Positions 41,888-52,168 of a stretch of DNA of 64,000 nucleotides are shown here, in pieces; positions within the stretch are counted from its first letter, which is position 1, and every line of letters begins with the position of its first letter. Where the stretch lies: positions 2,272,001 to 2,336,000 of the forward strand of contig CAVWLP010000002.1 in NCBI GenBank assembly GCA_963755915.1, given 5' to 3'. The notes under the pieces are model-generated. The model was given only the letters and a program-made list of their open reading frames with translations. It ran no database searches and was not told where the DNA came from. Source of the stretch: an uncultured Phycisphaerales bacterium (GTDB lineage: Bacteria; Planctomycetota; Phycisphaerae; Tepidisphaerales; Tepidisphaeraceae). Made by a program: the position numbers and the translations under genes.

Positions 41888-42722
41888 AAGCAGCCCTGCC
41901 GAATTGCCCCTCACCGTTCATATTGACACATCGCTGCAAATTGAACAGCAAAAGGCTGAAGTCAAGGCTGGGCCGGTTCGTAGAGCCCTTTCGCAATACA
42001 AGTTTACATCGACTTCCTCCTACGCGAGGAAAGAGTTTAAGCGAGCATGGCTCAAGGATTTGGGGCTATGCTACAAGGCGACTCGAGATGCAAAACAAAT
42101 CGGGGACGTTTTCGAAAATATCCGGAAGAGCACCTATCACGCAGCGGCGAAACGGCGGCTCGACCGTTGCATCAGCGCGGCTAATGCATTTCTTTCTGCG
42201 AACCCGAGCCTTCCGAGCGACGTCGCCGTAATTCGACTAAGAAGCCATCTCGGCGAGTCCATTCTCGGCGGCTTTACAAAATGGGGCAGAAGTGTAACTC
42301 ACGAATATGATGGTACCCGGTGTTTCAGGGCGACGGAGCGACCCACAAGGGCGTCCGACGGATCTATTGATGTCAGCGTCCGGCAATGTAAGCCATCCAG
42401 AATTCAGTGCTCGGTGCACGAATTCTTCAGACAGCACGAAGCGGTTTTTTCGCGAATAAAAGCGGAAATTCAATCGGCAGAGTCGAGCGCTTCGGAGGAG
42501 CTCAAAGGCACTGCAATGATGATCGACAAAGCAATTCGCGATTCGGAAATTCTCTGTGACGACAAAAACTGCAGCTCAATGAGCGACGCCATCATTGCGG
42601 TGGACGGCCTCAATTCGAGTCACTTTGCGGCCAACAACGACAAAGAATGGCGTACGCTTGCGAGGGTTTTGGGAAAGACATTGGTGAATCCTGTGTCGGG
42701 GGAGACTTTCGAGACGGGTTGA
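41856..42722 (+). CDS. PIN-like domain protein, Cys-rich
   Basis: VHIDTS, EFKR, SDAIIA, NNDKEW acidic pattern. Confidence 0.55.
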   Translation: METETKPEVAKSSPAELPLTVHIDTSLQIEQQKAEVKAGPVRRALSQYKFTSTSSYARKEFKRAWLKDLGLCYKATRDAKQIGDVFENIRKSTYHAAAKRRLDRCISAANAFLSANPSLPSDVAVIRLRSHLGESILGGFTKWGRSVTHEYDGTRCFRATERPTRASDGSIDVSVRQCKPSRIQCSVHEFFRQHEAVFSRIKAEIQSAESSASEELKGTAMMIDKAIRDSEILCDDKNCSSMSDAIIAVDGLNSSHFAANNDKEWRTLARVLGKTLVNPVSGETFETG

Positions 42723-42807
42723 TCTCGGCCGAAGGGGGCGAATCCGATTACTGCAGGTCTCAAGGAAGTGCTTCTAAGCTTTCTCATTTTAGATATTCGA
42801 GGAAAAT

Positions 42808-43830
42808 GTGCAGCCCTATCCCCGAGCCAACATCAGCGAAGGCGATTCCGTCGCTATCTCCGTCGATCTTTACAACCGGATCGTCTCCGACATCGAGCGC
42901 CTCGATCGCCTGGCGGTCATGCCGCCGCTCTATCTCACCAACGGCGCCAGCGGGACGACGATCGGATTCCAATCAAGCCCCGGCGAGCTCGTCCTGGTGG
43001 CGATCATCGGCGCGGAGACGGGCGGAGGGCGCTATCAAGGCTCGATCCTTTATGGAAACAGCACAGGCAGCACGACCACCAACTTTCAGCTCCAGCCCCA
43101 AGTCAACCAATCGGCGACGGATGGTCCCATACCGATTTCGCAGTCGAACGGATCCCTCGTCAACAATGCGCTGGTTATCAACCTCAATGAGCCATACGTG
43201 AACGACACGCATTTGCTCTGGGGAAACGTCTCAGAAATGTATTACGCCATCGGGCGGGTTATGGGGTTTACGTCTGGAAGCAATCCGCGAACGATCGTTT
43301 ACATTGAGAATTGGCCGCTTTACCCGGTCATTGCAAAGATAACCGGCGTATATGAAGCGAGTTACGGCGGCGTCTACTACGGGCGAATCGTTCAGGGCCA
43401 ATTCGCCAGCGGGAGCAGTTTTGGATATGGATCGCTGCTTAGCAATTTAAATTCCGCATTTTTGCCGAGCGTGGACAACTGCTGGATAACTAACAACTGG
43501 GAACAGACTTACAGTGCAAATCAGCGGAACAGTTTGCCCATAGATTCGTACGTTTGGGGCCTGATGGCCGGTTTTCCGCAGTATTCGGCGATTACCAGCG
43601 GAAATAGCAGTGCAACAAATGTTTGGTTTCAGGTCTATACGTGGTTTCCGCCACAGAGCGCGACCCTGGTTCACCAGGTGCAGAATATCGTCACAACTCA
43701 GAGTGCCGATTCGACTTACAGCATAAATGAACAGACCATGCTCAACAATCTGAAGACCGATGTCACCAATCTGGAGGCGGCACTGAGCAATCTTTACGCG
43801 AATCTGAAAACCGCGGGGTACTCGTTATAG
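42808..43830 (+). CDS. Putative distal tail/receptor-binding protein
   Basis: Beta-rich Y/W/N/S body, C-terminal coiled coil; resumes phage-like operon. Confidence 0.5.
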   Translation: MQPYPRANISEGDSVAISVDLYNRIVSDIERLDRLAVMPPLYLTNGASGTTIGFQSSPGELVLVAIIGAETGGGRYQGSILYGNSTGSTTTNFQLQPQVNQSATDGPIPISQSNGSLVNNALVINLNEPYVNDTHLLWGNVSEMYYAIGRVMGFTSGSNPRTIVYIENWPLYPVIAKITGVYEASYGGVYYGRIVQGQFASGSSFGYGSLLSNLNSAFLPSVDNCWITNNWEQTYSANQRNSLPIDSYVWGLMAGFPQYSAITSGNSSATNVWFQVYTWFPPQSATLVHQVQNIVTTQSADSTYSINEQTMLNNLKTDVTNLEAALSNLYANLKTAGYSL

Positions 43831-43942
43831 GCTGTTACGTGTCAGATTGGAGCTTGACCGTGCTTTGCGAATTGTGGTACTGACTGTTTCGATCGTCCAA
43901 GGATTGACGATTGTTTTACCAAGTTGTTAGGGAGGTAAACAT

Positions 43943-44671
43943 ATGCGTAGTGGATTCAGAAAGGTAGCCCTGTTTGCCGCGTGTGCGGCTATCTCGGGCT
44001 TGGGTGTGTTGCGGGCCTCATCGGCCGCGACGATTGTTATTGATGGTGGAACCTCGGCCGTTGTCGATGGGTGGAACATCACCCCTCAAACGGGCGTGAC
44101 GTTGTTCGTCACACCGAGTTCTTCCAACACTCCTCTTGCCATCGAAAAGGCGGCGTTTTTCACGGCGCCAAACCAGGGACTTTTAATCTCGTTTCAACCG
44201 GAGTCGGACTCAACCGCAGCCAGCGTCATCGACTTTGACTCGGAGACTATCCAAAATAGCTCCGGGACAGGCTGGAGCGGATTCCAGTTCCTGTTGAGCA
44301 GTGGAGCGACGTTTCCGTCCGTGAGCAGCACGTTTGTGCCGCCCAGCGGATTCTTCACCACTGTGAACCTCAACCCCGCGGGCAACACGTTGACGTATGC
44401 CGGCGGATCGCAGGCTTCGGGCACCACGTCGTCTTGGGGCAGCGGGATTGTCGATTATGACAATACCGGCTCCCCGATCGACAGCAGCCCGGATAACCTG
44501 ATCATCGACGCCTCGGGCGGCGGTTTCGATCTCAAGGAAATCGCCTCGCCGGGCGGTGGAAGCGTTGTTCCGCTTCCCAGCGCGGCGTGGCAGAGCATGG
44601 CCGGCCTCGCCGGTCTCGCTTTATTCGGAGTCGCCCGAAAGCTGAGCAAGCGCTCGAGTTCGATCGCCTGA
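43943..44671 (+). CDS. PEP-CTERM/VPLPA-CTERM sorting-domain surface protein
   Basis: Signal peptide; VVPLPSAAW-hydrophobic-RKLSKR; GGGAGG RBS. Confidence 0.85.
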   Translation: MRSGFRKVALFAACAAISGLGVLRASSAATIVIDGGTSAVVDGWNITPQTGVTLFVTPSSSNTPLAIEKAAFFTAPNQGLLISFQPESDSTAASVIDFDSETIQNSSGTGWSGFQFLLSSGATFPSVSSTFVPPSGFFTTVNLNPAGNTLTYAGGSQASGTTSSWGSGIVDYDNTGSPIDSSPDNLIIDASGGGFDLKEIASPGGGSVVPLPSAAWQSMAGLAGLALFGVARKLSKRSSSIA

Positions 44672-44705
44672 TAATAAAGGCGAATTAAATTGCAAAGCAC
44701 CGGCG

Positions 44706-44760
44706 GCGGGCGCACGATGAGCTGATCCAAATCAGCAAATCGTGCGGCCCGCCCCCTTTT
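44706..44760. terminator. Hairpin terminator between convergent genes
   Basis: GCGGGCGCACGAT..GCTGAT/ATCAGC..ATCGTGCGGCCCGC then T-run. Confidence 0.65.
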
Positions 44761-45485
44761 TACTGCTCTTCCTCCTCCACAAGGATCTGCTTAGAAACCG
44801 CCCGGGCTATCCGCACCACTTCGTTGCTGTGTACGCGGCGATCCTCCGGATATTTCCTGCGATTCCAGCATCTGAGGATATAGAAGTCGGGGTCTGACTC
44901 ATCCCGGAACACCCGTTTGAATGTCGTGCTTCCGTCGGCGAACGCCAGGTAATAAGATTTGCCGGGCAAAATTCCTTCCCGCTCGACCGCATCGAAACTG
45001 AACACAACGATTTCGCCGTTTTTCCACTTGGGATGCTGGCAGTCTCCATCCACCGGCGCGGCAAAGGCGCGGCGATCGGAAGAGGCCGCCAGGCGATTCG
45101 CGTCAGGATATTCGGAAAACTTGTCGACGCGTTTATTCGCGGCCACGCCAATGTGAAATTCGGGCAGAATCCGCGCGGGCCGAACCCGGCGAAGGTCAAG
45201 TCCGAAGGGAAACGCGGCCGGCCGCGAAACAGTTTCGACTTCGCTGATTGGGGAATTTTGGGAAACGCAAAAGCGCTCTTTGAACTCCTCCAGGTTCAAT
45301 CCCAGCGCGGAAGCGAGCTTGGGCAGACGCTTGGCCAAAATGCCGGCGACTTCGTGGCGCTCTATTCGGCTGATGGTTTCGTCTGACACTCCGCCAATTG
45401 CTTCGCCAAGCTGTTTCTGGGTTATGGCGAGCTGGTCCCTGGCGACAGCCAGGCGTTTCCCGAAGATGTGAGCCACTCTTGCCAC
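44760..45485 (-). CDS. CI/LexA-like repressor (XRE HTH + S24-like domain)
   Basis: FGKRL..ITQKQLG..TISRIER; VDGDCQHP..NGEIV; TFKRV; AAGGAGG RBS. Confidence 0.85.
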   Translation of the reverse strand: MARVAHIFGKRLAVARDQLAITQKQLGEAIGGVSDETISRIERHEVAGILAKRLPKLASALGLNLEEFKERFCVSQNSPISEVETVSRPAAFPFGLDLRRVRPARILPEFHIGVAANKRVDKFSEYPDANRLAASSDRRAFAAPVDGDCQHPKWKNGEIVVFSFDAVEREGILPGKSYYLAFADGSTTFKRVFRDESDPDFYILRCWNRRKYPEDRRVHSNEVVRIARAVSKQILVEEEEQ

Positions 45486-45542
45486 CCGGACCTCCTTATA
45501 TCCGAACCAAACCGGACACCAAACATTTTACGAACTTTTCGC

Positions 45543-45570
45543 TTGCGTACTCCAAAGTTTGGAGTATAAT
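45543..45570 (+). promoter_or_regulatory. Sigma70 promoter with a palindromic operator filling the spacer
   Basis: TTGCGT-16nt-TATAAT; TACTCCAAA-G-TTTGGAGTA at 45548-45566. Confidence 0.8.
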
Positions 45571-45594
45571 TGGAAGAAAGTCAAGGCGAATTAG

Positions 45595-45981
45595 GTGGAA
45601 AACGGAATTTCAATTCGACGCGTGGCATTGGGCGGCTTGGCCCTGGCGTCGCCGCCGGGCCTCCCTCCGGGAGTGAGGCAGAGCGACTGCGACGGGCCCG
45701 CGGACGCTCTCGACAGCCTCAGCGGCGCACAGCTTTGGAACCGGTGCAATTTCGCCCAGCAGGAGGCAATTTGCTCGCGGTTTGTCAGCGAGCGCAGCGA
45801 CGTGCTCCGCGACGCCCTGCTGGACGATCGGATTTCGCTTGCAGCGGGCGGCGCCGGACGGCTGGGAGCGGCGGTCTGGCCCCAATGGATTGTCTTTCGC
45901 GACGACCGCCTGCGCGAAATGGTTTGCCGCGGCGAATTCGGTCGTGCGGGTGAATCCCGAATTCGGTCTACAGGAGAATAG
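45595..45981 (+). CDS. Hypothetical protein, first gene after the repressed promoter
   Basis: Directly downstream of promoter, abuts next ORF; frame uncertain. Confidence 0.4.
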   Translation: MENGISIRRVALGGLALASPPGLPPGVRQSDCDGPADALDSLSGAQLWNRCNFAQQEAICSRFVSERSDVLRDALLDDRISLAAGGAGRLGAAVWPQWIVFRDDRLREMVCRGEFGRAGESRIRSTGE

Positions 45982-45983
45982 AA

Positions 45984-46719
45984 ATGCCAAAAGTGATTGT
46001 AAATAATCCAAATATAGTTTTAGAATCTTCATCGGGAGAAACCGGGTTTGCCGGGGCGGCGCTCCGGTCGGCAGCGATCGACGAAGGCGATATGGCGGCG
46101 GTTCGTCTGCTGCGGCAATTCAGGCAGGAAATCGAGGAACTCGCCTGTAGCGCGACCTGGGCGGACGACTGTCTTTTCCGCGGCGCCCGCTACGCGCCGG
46201 ATTTCCGATGTGCCTGCGCGAACTGCCGCAAATTTTTCCCCACCCGGCTGCATCCCAGGCCGTTCCGGGAATCGAAATACTCGACCGATTGCCAGGTTGA
46301 GACCGACGAAGACCCGGAATTCGCCGAGGAATTTGCCCGGCTGCGCAACGATCGCCCGCGGTTTGGCAGCGTTTTCGCCCGCCACCCGCGCATCTCAATG
46401 GAAAAGAACCAGATTCACGCGGGAGATTGACGACGCGGGAGGAAGATTATATCGATCCTTTCGGTGACGGAAAAGCAGCATGAGGTTCTGTGGCTGCGGT
46501 ACAACCAGCGCAAATCGACCCGTGAGATCGCCGTCCAACTCGGCATTCAACGCCGCGCTGTGATGGCCCGGCTTCGCCGTGCGCAAGCGGCTGACGACAA
46601 TGCAAAGCGATTGCAGCCGCACGGAAAAACCTTCCGCTCAGCCGGAAAAACCGCGGATGGTCAGCGCCTCGCAGACCCTAGTAAAAGGCCAGAGCGGTTG
46701 GAGCATGGAGGATCTTTGA
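45984..46719 (+). CDS. Cys-motif + sigma-70 region 4 HTH protein (in-frame TGA at 46428, probable frameshift ~46640)
   Basis: CACANC; TEKQHEVLWLRY..KSTREIAVQLGIQRRAVMARLRRA in the same frame as 45984. Confidence 0.6.
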
Positions 46720-46723
46720 ATGT

Positions 46724-48564
46724 TTACGACCCGCCGAGTCCCGGCGGCGGGCCGCCAGGCGTGAAGCCACCGGGCGGATACCCTCCGGGCGGTCCCGCGG
46801 GCCCGCCGCCGGGCGTCTGCGGACTCGGAGTGGCGCCAGATTGCTGCGTCATCCACTGATTGCTCTGCTTGTATTCGGGACTGTCGGCGTCCTTTGCCAG
46901 CACCACGGTTCCCTGCTGGTCGACCAGGTAAATGTGGGTCTTGTTGTTGCGGTCGAGCTGCCGATCCACAAACGTGTAACCTGTCGAGTAATCGACACCC
47001 CCGTCAGCGCCGCCGATCGGGTCGCCAACATCGACGTTGAACGTCTCTTTCTGCCACTTTCCGGCAGACCAGGTAAAGACATCGAAGGGATAGGTCGTTC
47101 CATGTCCCTGTGGCGTGCCGCAATAACAGTAGGTCTGCGCGGGCACTTGGATTTCCGGTGAATAGTCGCTCATTGGCGAATCAAGATCGAACTGATTGAT
47201 CCAGGCGGCATGATTAGCGGCTACGCGTTGCGGCGGTTTGTTGTAAACTGGATTGTACGCCTTATAGGAGATGCGATAGCGATAGGTTCGCCCCGGCTGT
47301 GCGCTGGTATCAATGATGTATATGAAGAGGTCCGGGGATTTTTCCGGCATGCCGATGAGGTTGTTCTGCTTCAAGGCGGAAATCGGCGTCGGAGTGATCA
47401 CCACGTTTGGATTGATATAGACCACCTTGGGATCGACGGTCCCCTCGGCGGGGGGGATCGCAGTCGCTTGCGGTTGAGGCTGCGGCTGCGGCTGTTCCTG
47501 CGGCTGCGGTACCGGCCGCCGGAATCCTCCGCCTGGAGGTCCCCCAAACCCACCCGGGCCCCCCCCCCGCCCGGCGGGCCGCCAAATTGGGCATAAAGCG
47601 TTCCGGATAGATCCGAGGCGTTCGCCGTGCGCCAGCGTTCTTTGCCGTTTCCGTTGGTCGCCCCGCTCTGATCCGGCGCGGCGCCGCCTGGCTGGTTTGA
47701 CGTGCCGGGGAGATATTGCAGCGGGTCTTTCCAGGTCGCGCCGGCGATGACCGTCGGAATCGTCGGAGCCACAACCGTATTCGGATCTTTGTTCAGCGCC
47801 AGCATATAGTCGCTGGCTTGCTGGCGGTTTCCGGGCGCGGGATAGGGGGGCAGGTCGGAGCCGTTAATCAGGTGCATCGCATCGCTGTCCTGCACCCAGT
47901 TGTCGCCAATTTTCTGCCAGCGTTCCGCGGTAACCGCCACGACCTGGAACTCCGCCGGCGAAAGCCGCGGCTGCTGGCCGGGCTTGGGGGGACCGAATGC
48001 CTGATTCCACTGGTCATACAATTGCGCCCACGGAATCGTGAATCCAACTACCACAAGCCGAACATCTTTGCCCCCGGCTGCCGCCGCGGGTTGTGCGTTG
48101 TTAGCTCCAGGAGTCGCCAACGTGTCCAGGCCAGCGGCGGTGAGAATGGGCTGCGGCGCCGGCGGCTTTGGCAACTGCTGGACTGGAATTCCCAGCGCAT
48201 GACCCTGCATGGCCGATGTATTGACGTCAAACGGAGAGAAATCGAAATCCCCGCCGGCCAGTTCCTGCGGATTTTCGGGCTCGAGACGGATCCATTTGTC
48301 GAGGTTCTGCCCAAAATCCTTAACGGAAAAGGAAGGAACATCGCCGGGCTGGGTTATTTGGCGAAGATGCTCCGCCGCGTGCGTGTCGATGAAATTATCG
48401 ACGTTGGCCGGGGTCACCTCTGTCCCGCCGAGTTCGCGCGAGACGGGGCTGTTGACTAGGTAGGTCCAGACCGTCCAGCCGAGGTAGCCGACGGCTATCA
48501 GAAGCGCAATCCATTCGACGTTCGCTTCAAGAAACCGCGTGATTTTTCGCATGAAACCGTTCAT
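46724..48564 (-). CDS. Pilus-assembly-locus membrane-anchored protein (frameshift in Pro/Gly tract)
   Basis: N-terminal TM, QPGRTYRYRI, Pro/Gly-rich; operonic with pilM. Confidence 0.6.
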
Positions 48565-48602
48565 GGGACACCACTAATAAATATTCGATGACCACCGGCT
48601 CC

Positions 48603-49991
48603 TCACGGGCCACCGGGAGGACCGCCCGGTGGACCAAATCCCGGTGGACCGCCAAACTGCGGACCACCCGGAAATCCACCCTGGCCGTTGTCCGTTGGCG
48701 AACCCAATGCCGCTTTGCCCAGCCCGTTCTTCCGCGAGGCGGGAAGAATATTGTCCGTCCACTTGTGCATCAGAAGCTCTTCGCAATCGACGCTAAGCCG
48801 AACGCACGGCTTTTGGCCAAAGCGGAATCCGCCTTGCGGGTTCATGGCGGCGCGGGCCGGGTCAACCACTTCAACCACCTGCACGTTCAGTACCGTAATG
48901 AACTGCCCGGCTTCAAGCGCCCGCAGAACTTGCGGAATCTTCGCGGCATCGACCACCAGGTGCACTTTAAACTCTAAAACGTCATAGAGTCCGTTGCAGA
49001 CCCTGCCAGTGGAAGAAACGGTCGTTATCTTGGGAATGGCGCTGGTTACACCGGCTGTCGGATCGACGGCAGTCAAAGAGTTCACCGGCTGGGGCGGATC
49101 GACGCCTTCAAGCTGTTTCACCGCCGCGTGAAGAATGTCGTGCTGGGGCGGCCCACCGGGCGCAGCCGGATCGGAATAGGCGTCGTTGGCGGCGCGAATC
49201 GCTTTGCAGACATCGTCGAGCACCCACACCACAAGCTGCGCGTCGCAAATCCTGTCAGGCGTGGGTTCGTTGCCGACTTTTATGGTGGCGTCGACCGGCA
49301 GCGAATTAGCCGTCGGGGGCGCCAGAAGATAAACCTGATACTGCTGGGCAGCCTCAAGCTCCATGCGCGGCTGAACCAGTGCGGATTCATAAGCAAACTG
49401 CGAGTCGGCGTCCGCCTGGGACGCAGCATCGACATTGCCGCTGGCGTCGTAAGTCAGACGCTCCTTGTTGATTTCCTCGTGGAGGGCGTCCTTAGCGGCT
49501 TGGACTTGGGCCGGGGTGGGGGGAGCAGTGGAATCCAGAATCTGTTGCCAGCGATGATAGCCGTCGATCTGCTGCGAATAGACGGTCGCAAATTCAAATC
49601 GCTCCTGCTCGGAGGGCGTGGGCAGCGAGTCCGGCACCAGAAGCTCGTGTGTGTTGGTGTTGGTCGCCAGCGTCAGCATATTCTGGGCTTGCGATTGGAG
49701 TTGGGTGGCGGCGGCGTTGGCGGCCTGGGTCACGGGGTCGGTGGGAAAAACGGTCAGCGGGTCGGCGCTCAATTTATCGGGATCGAGCAGCGGCATCTGG
49801 CGCGACTGGTTGGCGAGGGAATCGAGGCTGCTGCTCACCTGAACCCGGGTGTCGAGCCGGGTGGAAAGGTCGGTGTAAAGGCCGCTGATCGGCCAGTAGA
49901 TCGCGACGACCGACAGGATGGCGATCACCGCGAAGATGATGCTGAAGAGGTTCTTCTTCAGTACGTCCAGAAATCCAGTGGGCATCTTCAT
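48603..49991 (-). CDS. PilO-like membrane-anchored protein
   Basis: N-terminal TM; TGRVCNGLYDVLEFKVHLVVD ferredoxin-like C-terminus; downstream of pilM. Confidence 0.55.
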   Translation of the reverse strand: MKMPTGFLDVLKKNLFSIIFAVIAILSVVAIYWPISGLYTDLSTRLDTRVQVSSSLDSLANQSRQMPLLDPDKLSADPLTVFPTDPVTQAANAAATQLQSQAQNMLTLATNTNTHELLVPDSLPTPSEQERFEFATVYSQQIDGYHRWQQILDSTAPPTPAQVQAAKDALHEEINKERLTYDASGNVDAASQADADSQFAYESALVQPRMELEAAQQYQVYLLAPPTANSLPVDATIKVGNEPTPDRICDAQLVVWVLDDVCKAIRAANDAYSDPAAPGGPPQHDILHAAVKQLEGVDPPQPVNSLTAVDPTAGVTSAIPKITTVSSTGRVCNGLYDVLEFKVHLVVDAAKIPQVLRALEAGQFITVLNVQVVEVVDPARAAMNPQGGFRFGQKPCVRLSVDCEELLMHKWTDNILPASRKNGLGKAALGSPTDNGQGGFPGGPQFGGPPGFGPPGGPPGGP

Positions 49992-50015
49992 GTGAACACC
50001 AATCGATAAAAACCG

Positions 50016-52168
50016 TTACGAAGGACTCGGCGCAGCTCCGGGCGCCGCCGGCGCCGCCGGTGGAGGATCGATCACAACCACCAGTTCAACCTTCATTTCC
50101 CAGTCGGCGCTGCGATCTTCGTTGGTCATGCGATCAATCAACACATTCTGATCAACACTGCTCCCGGGGGCATTTGTGGGAGGCTGATTGAACTGCCCAA
50201 ATCCCGGCGGGTGTCCATATCCAAATCCCGGCGGCCCGCCGGGCGGCATGAAGCCGGGACGGAAGCCTGGTGGATATGCCGGCGCTGCCGGCGCGGCGCC
50301 GCGCCACTCTGATCCGTCGAGTTCGCCCCAGTGAGCGATTGCGCCGCCTGAAACGACGCCTGCAAATCCGACACCCGCTGCGAATCGGCGCTGATCTGCG
50401 TCTGCTGAAGCGGGCCGGACACTTTTGCAATGTAAAAGTTCCTTGGATTGTCCGGATGATCGGCGTTCCACTTGTCCAGGGCCGCTCGATCGAAACTGCG
50501 GAGATTGGGGATCAGCGAATTCAGTGCAAGCAAAAATCCCTGAGCGTGCGGCGTGGTCACGCTGAGCGTAATAATAAAACCGCGCGAACCTTGGGGAATA
50601 GCTGGATCAGTGATCGTCGGCGTCTGGCCCCCCGGCGCTGCGCTGGGGGGAGCGAGGCCAAAGTCGGCTATGTAGGTACCGCCCTGAAGCGTGGTCAGAA
50701 GATCCGGCGCATAAACAGAATCGACCTTATTGATGAAGATCAGGTTTCGGTCCACCCGGGGAGTGGATTTGAGATACGCATCGCTGGGATAACCAGCCGG
50801 TACTGGAGGCAATGCGCCGAAAATTTCCTGGATGAGATCGACCCAGATGGTTCGATAATCCACCATCGATCGAACATTCTGGATTGTCATTCGATCGGCA
50901 GCGCCGTTGTTTTCGACGTTCGACCAGTTCGTGCTGTCGGTATTGGCGATGTTCTGGATCTGGGAAATGCGATCGCGTGCATCGGCGGCGTTCTTATAGC
51001 CCAGATCCTGCATGTAATAGCCGGCCAGAGGCATCCCCGTTCCCAGGACGAAAACCGCCGCGGCGGCGCCAAACCACTTGGTCTTGTCCCGCCACATCTT
51101 CTCGCGGCGGATTTTCATAGGCAGCAGACTGCTGGTGATCTTGCTCTCCCCCATCGCCTGAATCGCCAGGCCGTAGGCGCTGACCAGGGAAAGGAGGTTC
51201 TGGTTGAATGTTGCCGCCAGCTTGGCATCCGCCGGCGCGCCGCCTGCCAGCTCGTTCAGCTTTTCCACCTCGAGCTGCAAGTTCTGCTGGAGATATTTTT
51301 GGAGTCCCGCCAGGCGGAAAGTCCCGCCCAGCGCCAGCACCTTCTTGATTCGCGAATCGCGGTGCACCGAGGAATAGAACCCGATGCTGCGCTGAATTTC
51401 CGCCACCAGGTCGGCGAAAACCGGCCGCATCGCCTGGAAAATCTGCCGGGCGTATTTGCTGGTGTTGGCGTTGCGCTTCAGGTCCTCCGCCTTGGCAAAG
51501 GGCAGCTTGAAGCTCTTCACCAGAACTTCGGTGAAATTATTTCCGCCGATCGGAATCGACCTGAGCCAGATGGTTTCCCCGTCGGCGATGATCAGATCGG
51601 TGTTCTCCGCTCCCAGGTCGATGATCATCGTCGTCCCCTGCAGGCGGTTGTCGTGATACATCGCGTTGTAAACCGCCAGCGGGTTCATCTGCACGACCTG
51701 CACGTTCAGGTCCACGTCGGTGAAGTGCTTGATGTGGGCGTTGATCAGGTCCCGGCGCATCGCGAAGATGCCGACCTCAACATCCGGCGATTCGGGCGTC
51801 TGGAAAAGCTGGTAGCTCCATTCCACGTCATCCAGCGGGAAGGGAATCTGCTGGATGGCTTCGAACCGCACGATCTCGGGAATTTTCTTTGGCTCGACCG
51901 GCGGAAGCTTGATGAACCGCGCGAAGCTGGAGACGCCGCTGACGCTGACGGAGGCGATTCCGCCCTTGGTGACGTGCCTCTGGACGAAATTCGCCAGGGC
52001 AGATTGGATCAGCGCTTCTTTGTTGTCGCCGGCGTTGGAAAGGACGTTTTCGTGCTCGATGATCTCGAAGTCGTCGATGCGAAGCCCACCATCGCCACGG
52101 ACGAGCTTGATTGCCTTCAGGGCGCGATTGCCGATGTCGATTCCCCAGGCGAAACGAGCGCTGGCCAT
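50016..52168 (-). CDS. pilM: Type IV pilus assembly protein PilM with fused PilN-like region (frameshift ~50290)
   Basis: WGIDIG, RFIKLPPV, FEAIQQIPF, IDLGA, IGGNNFT, EIQRSIG, then SLLP + TM. Confidence 0.9.

Larger units (their letters stand above)
24293..46719 (+). mobile_element. Head-tail phage-like gene cluster (degenerate prophage or GTA-like); no integrase/replication genes recognised
   Basis: Terminase, portal, protease, capsid, tail tube, chaperone, CI-like repressor; boundaries approximate. Confidence 0.85.

Noticed and set aside
24486-43830. Contractile injection system or tailocin
   Set aside because: No sheath or baseplate genes recognised, and complete head/packaging genes are present.
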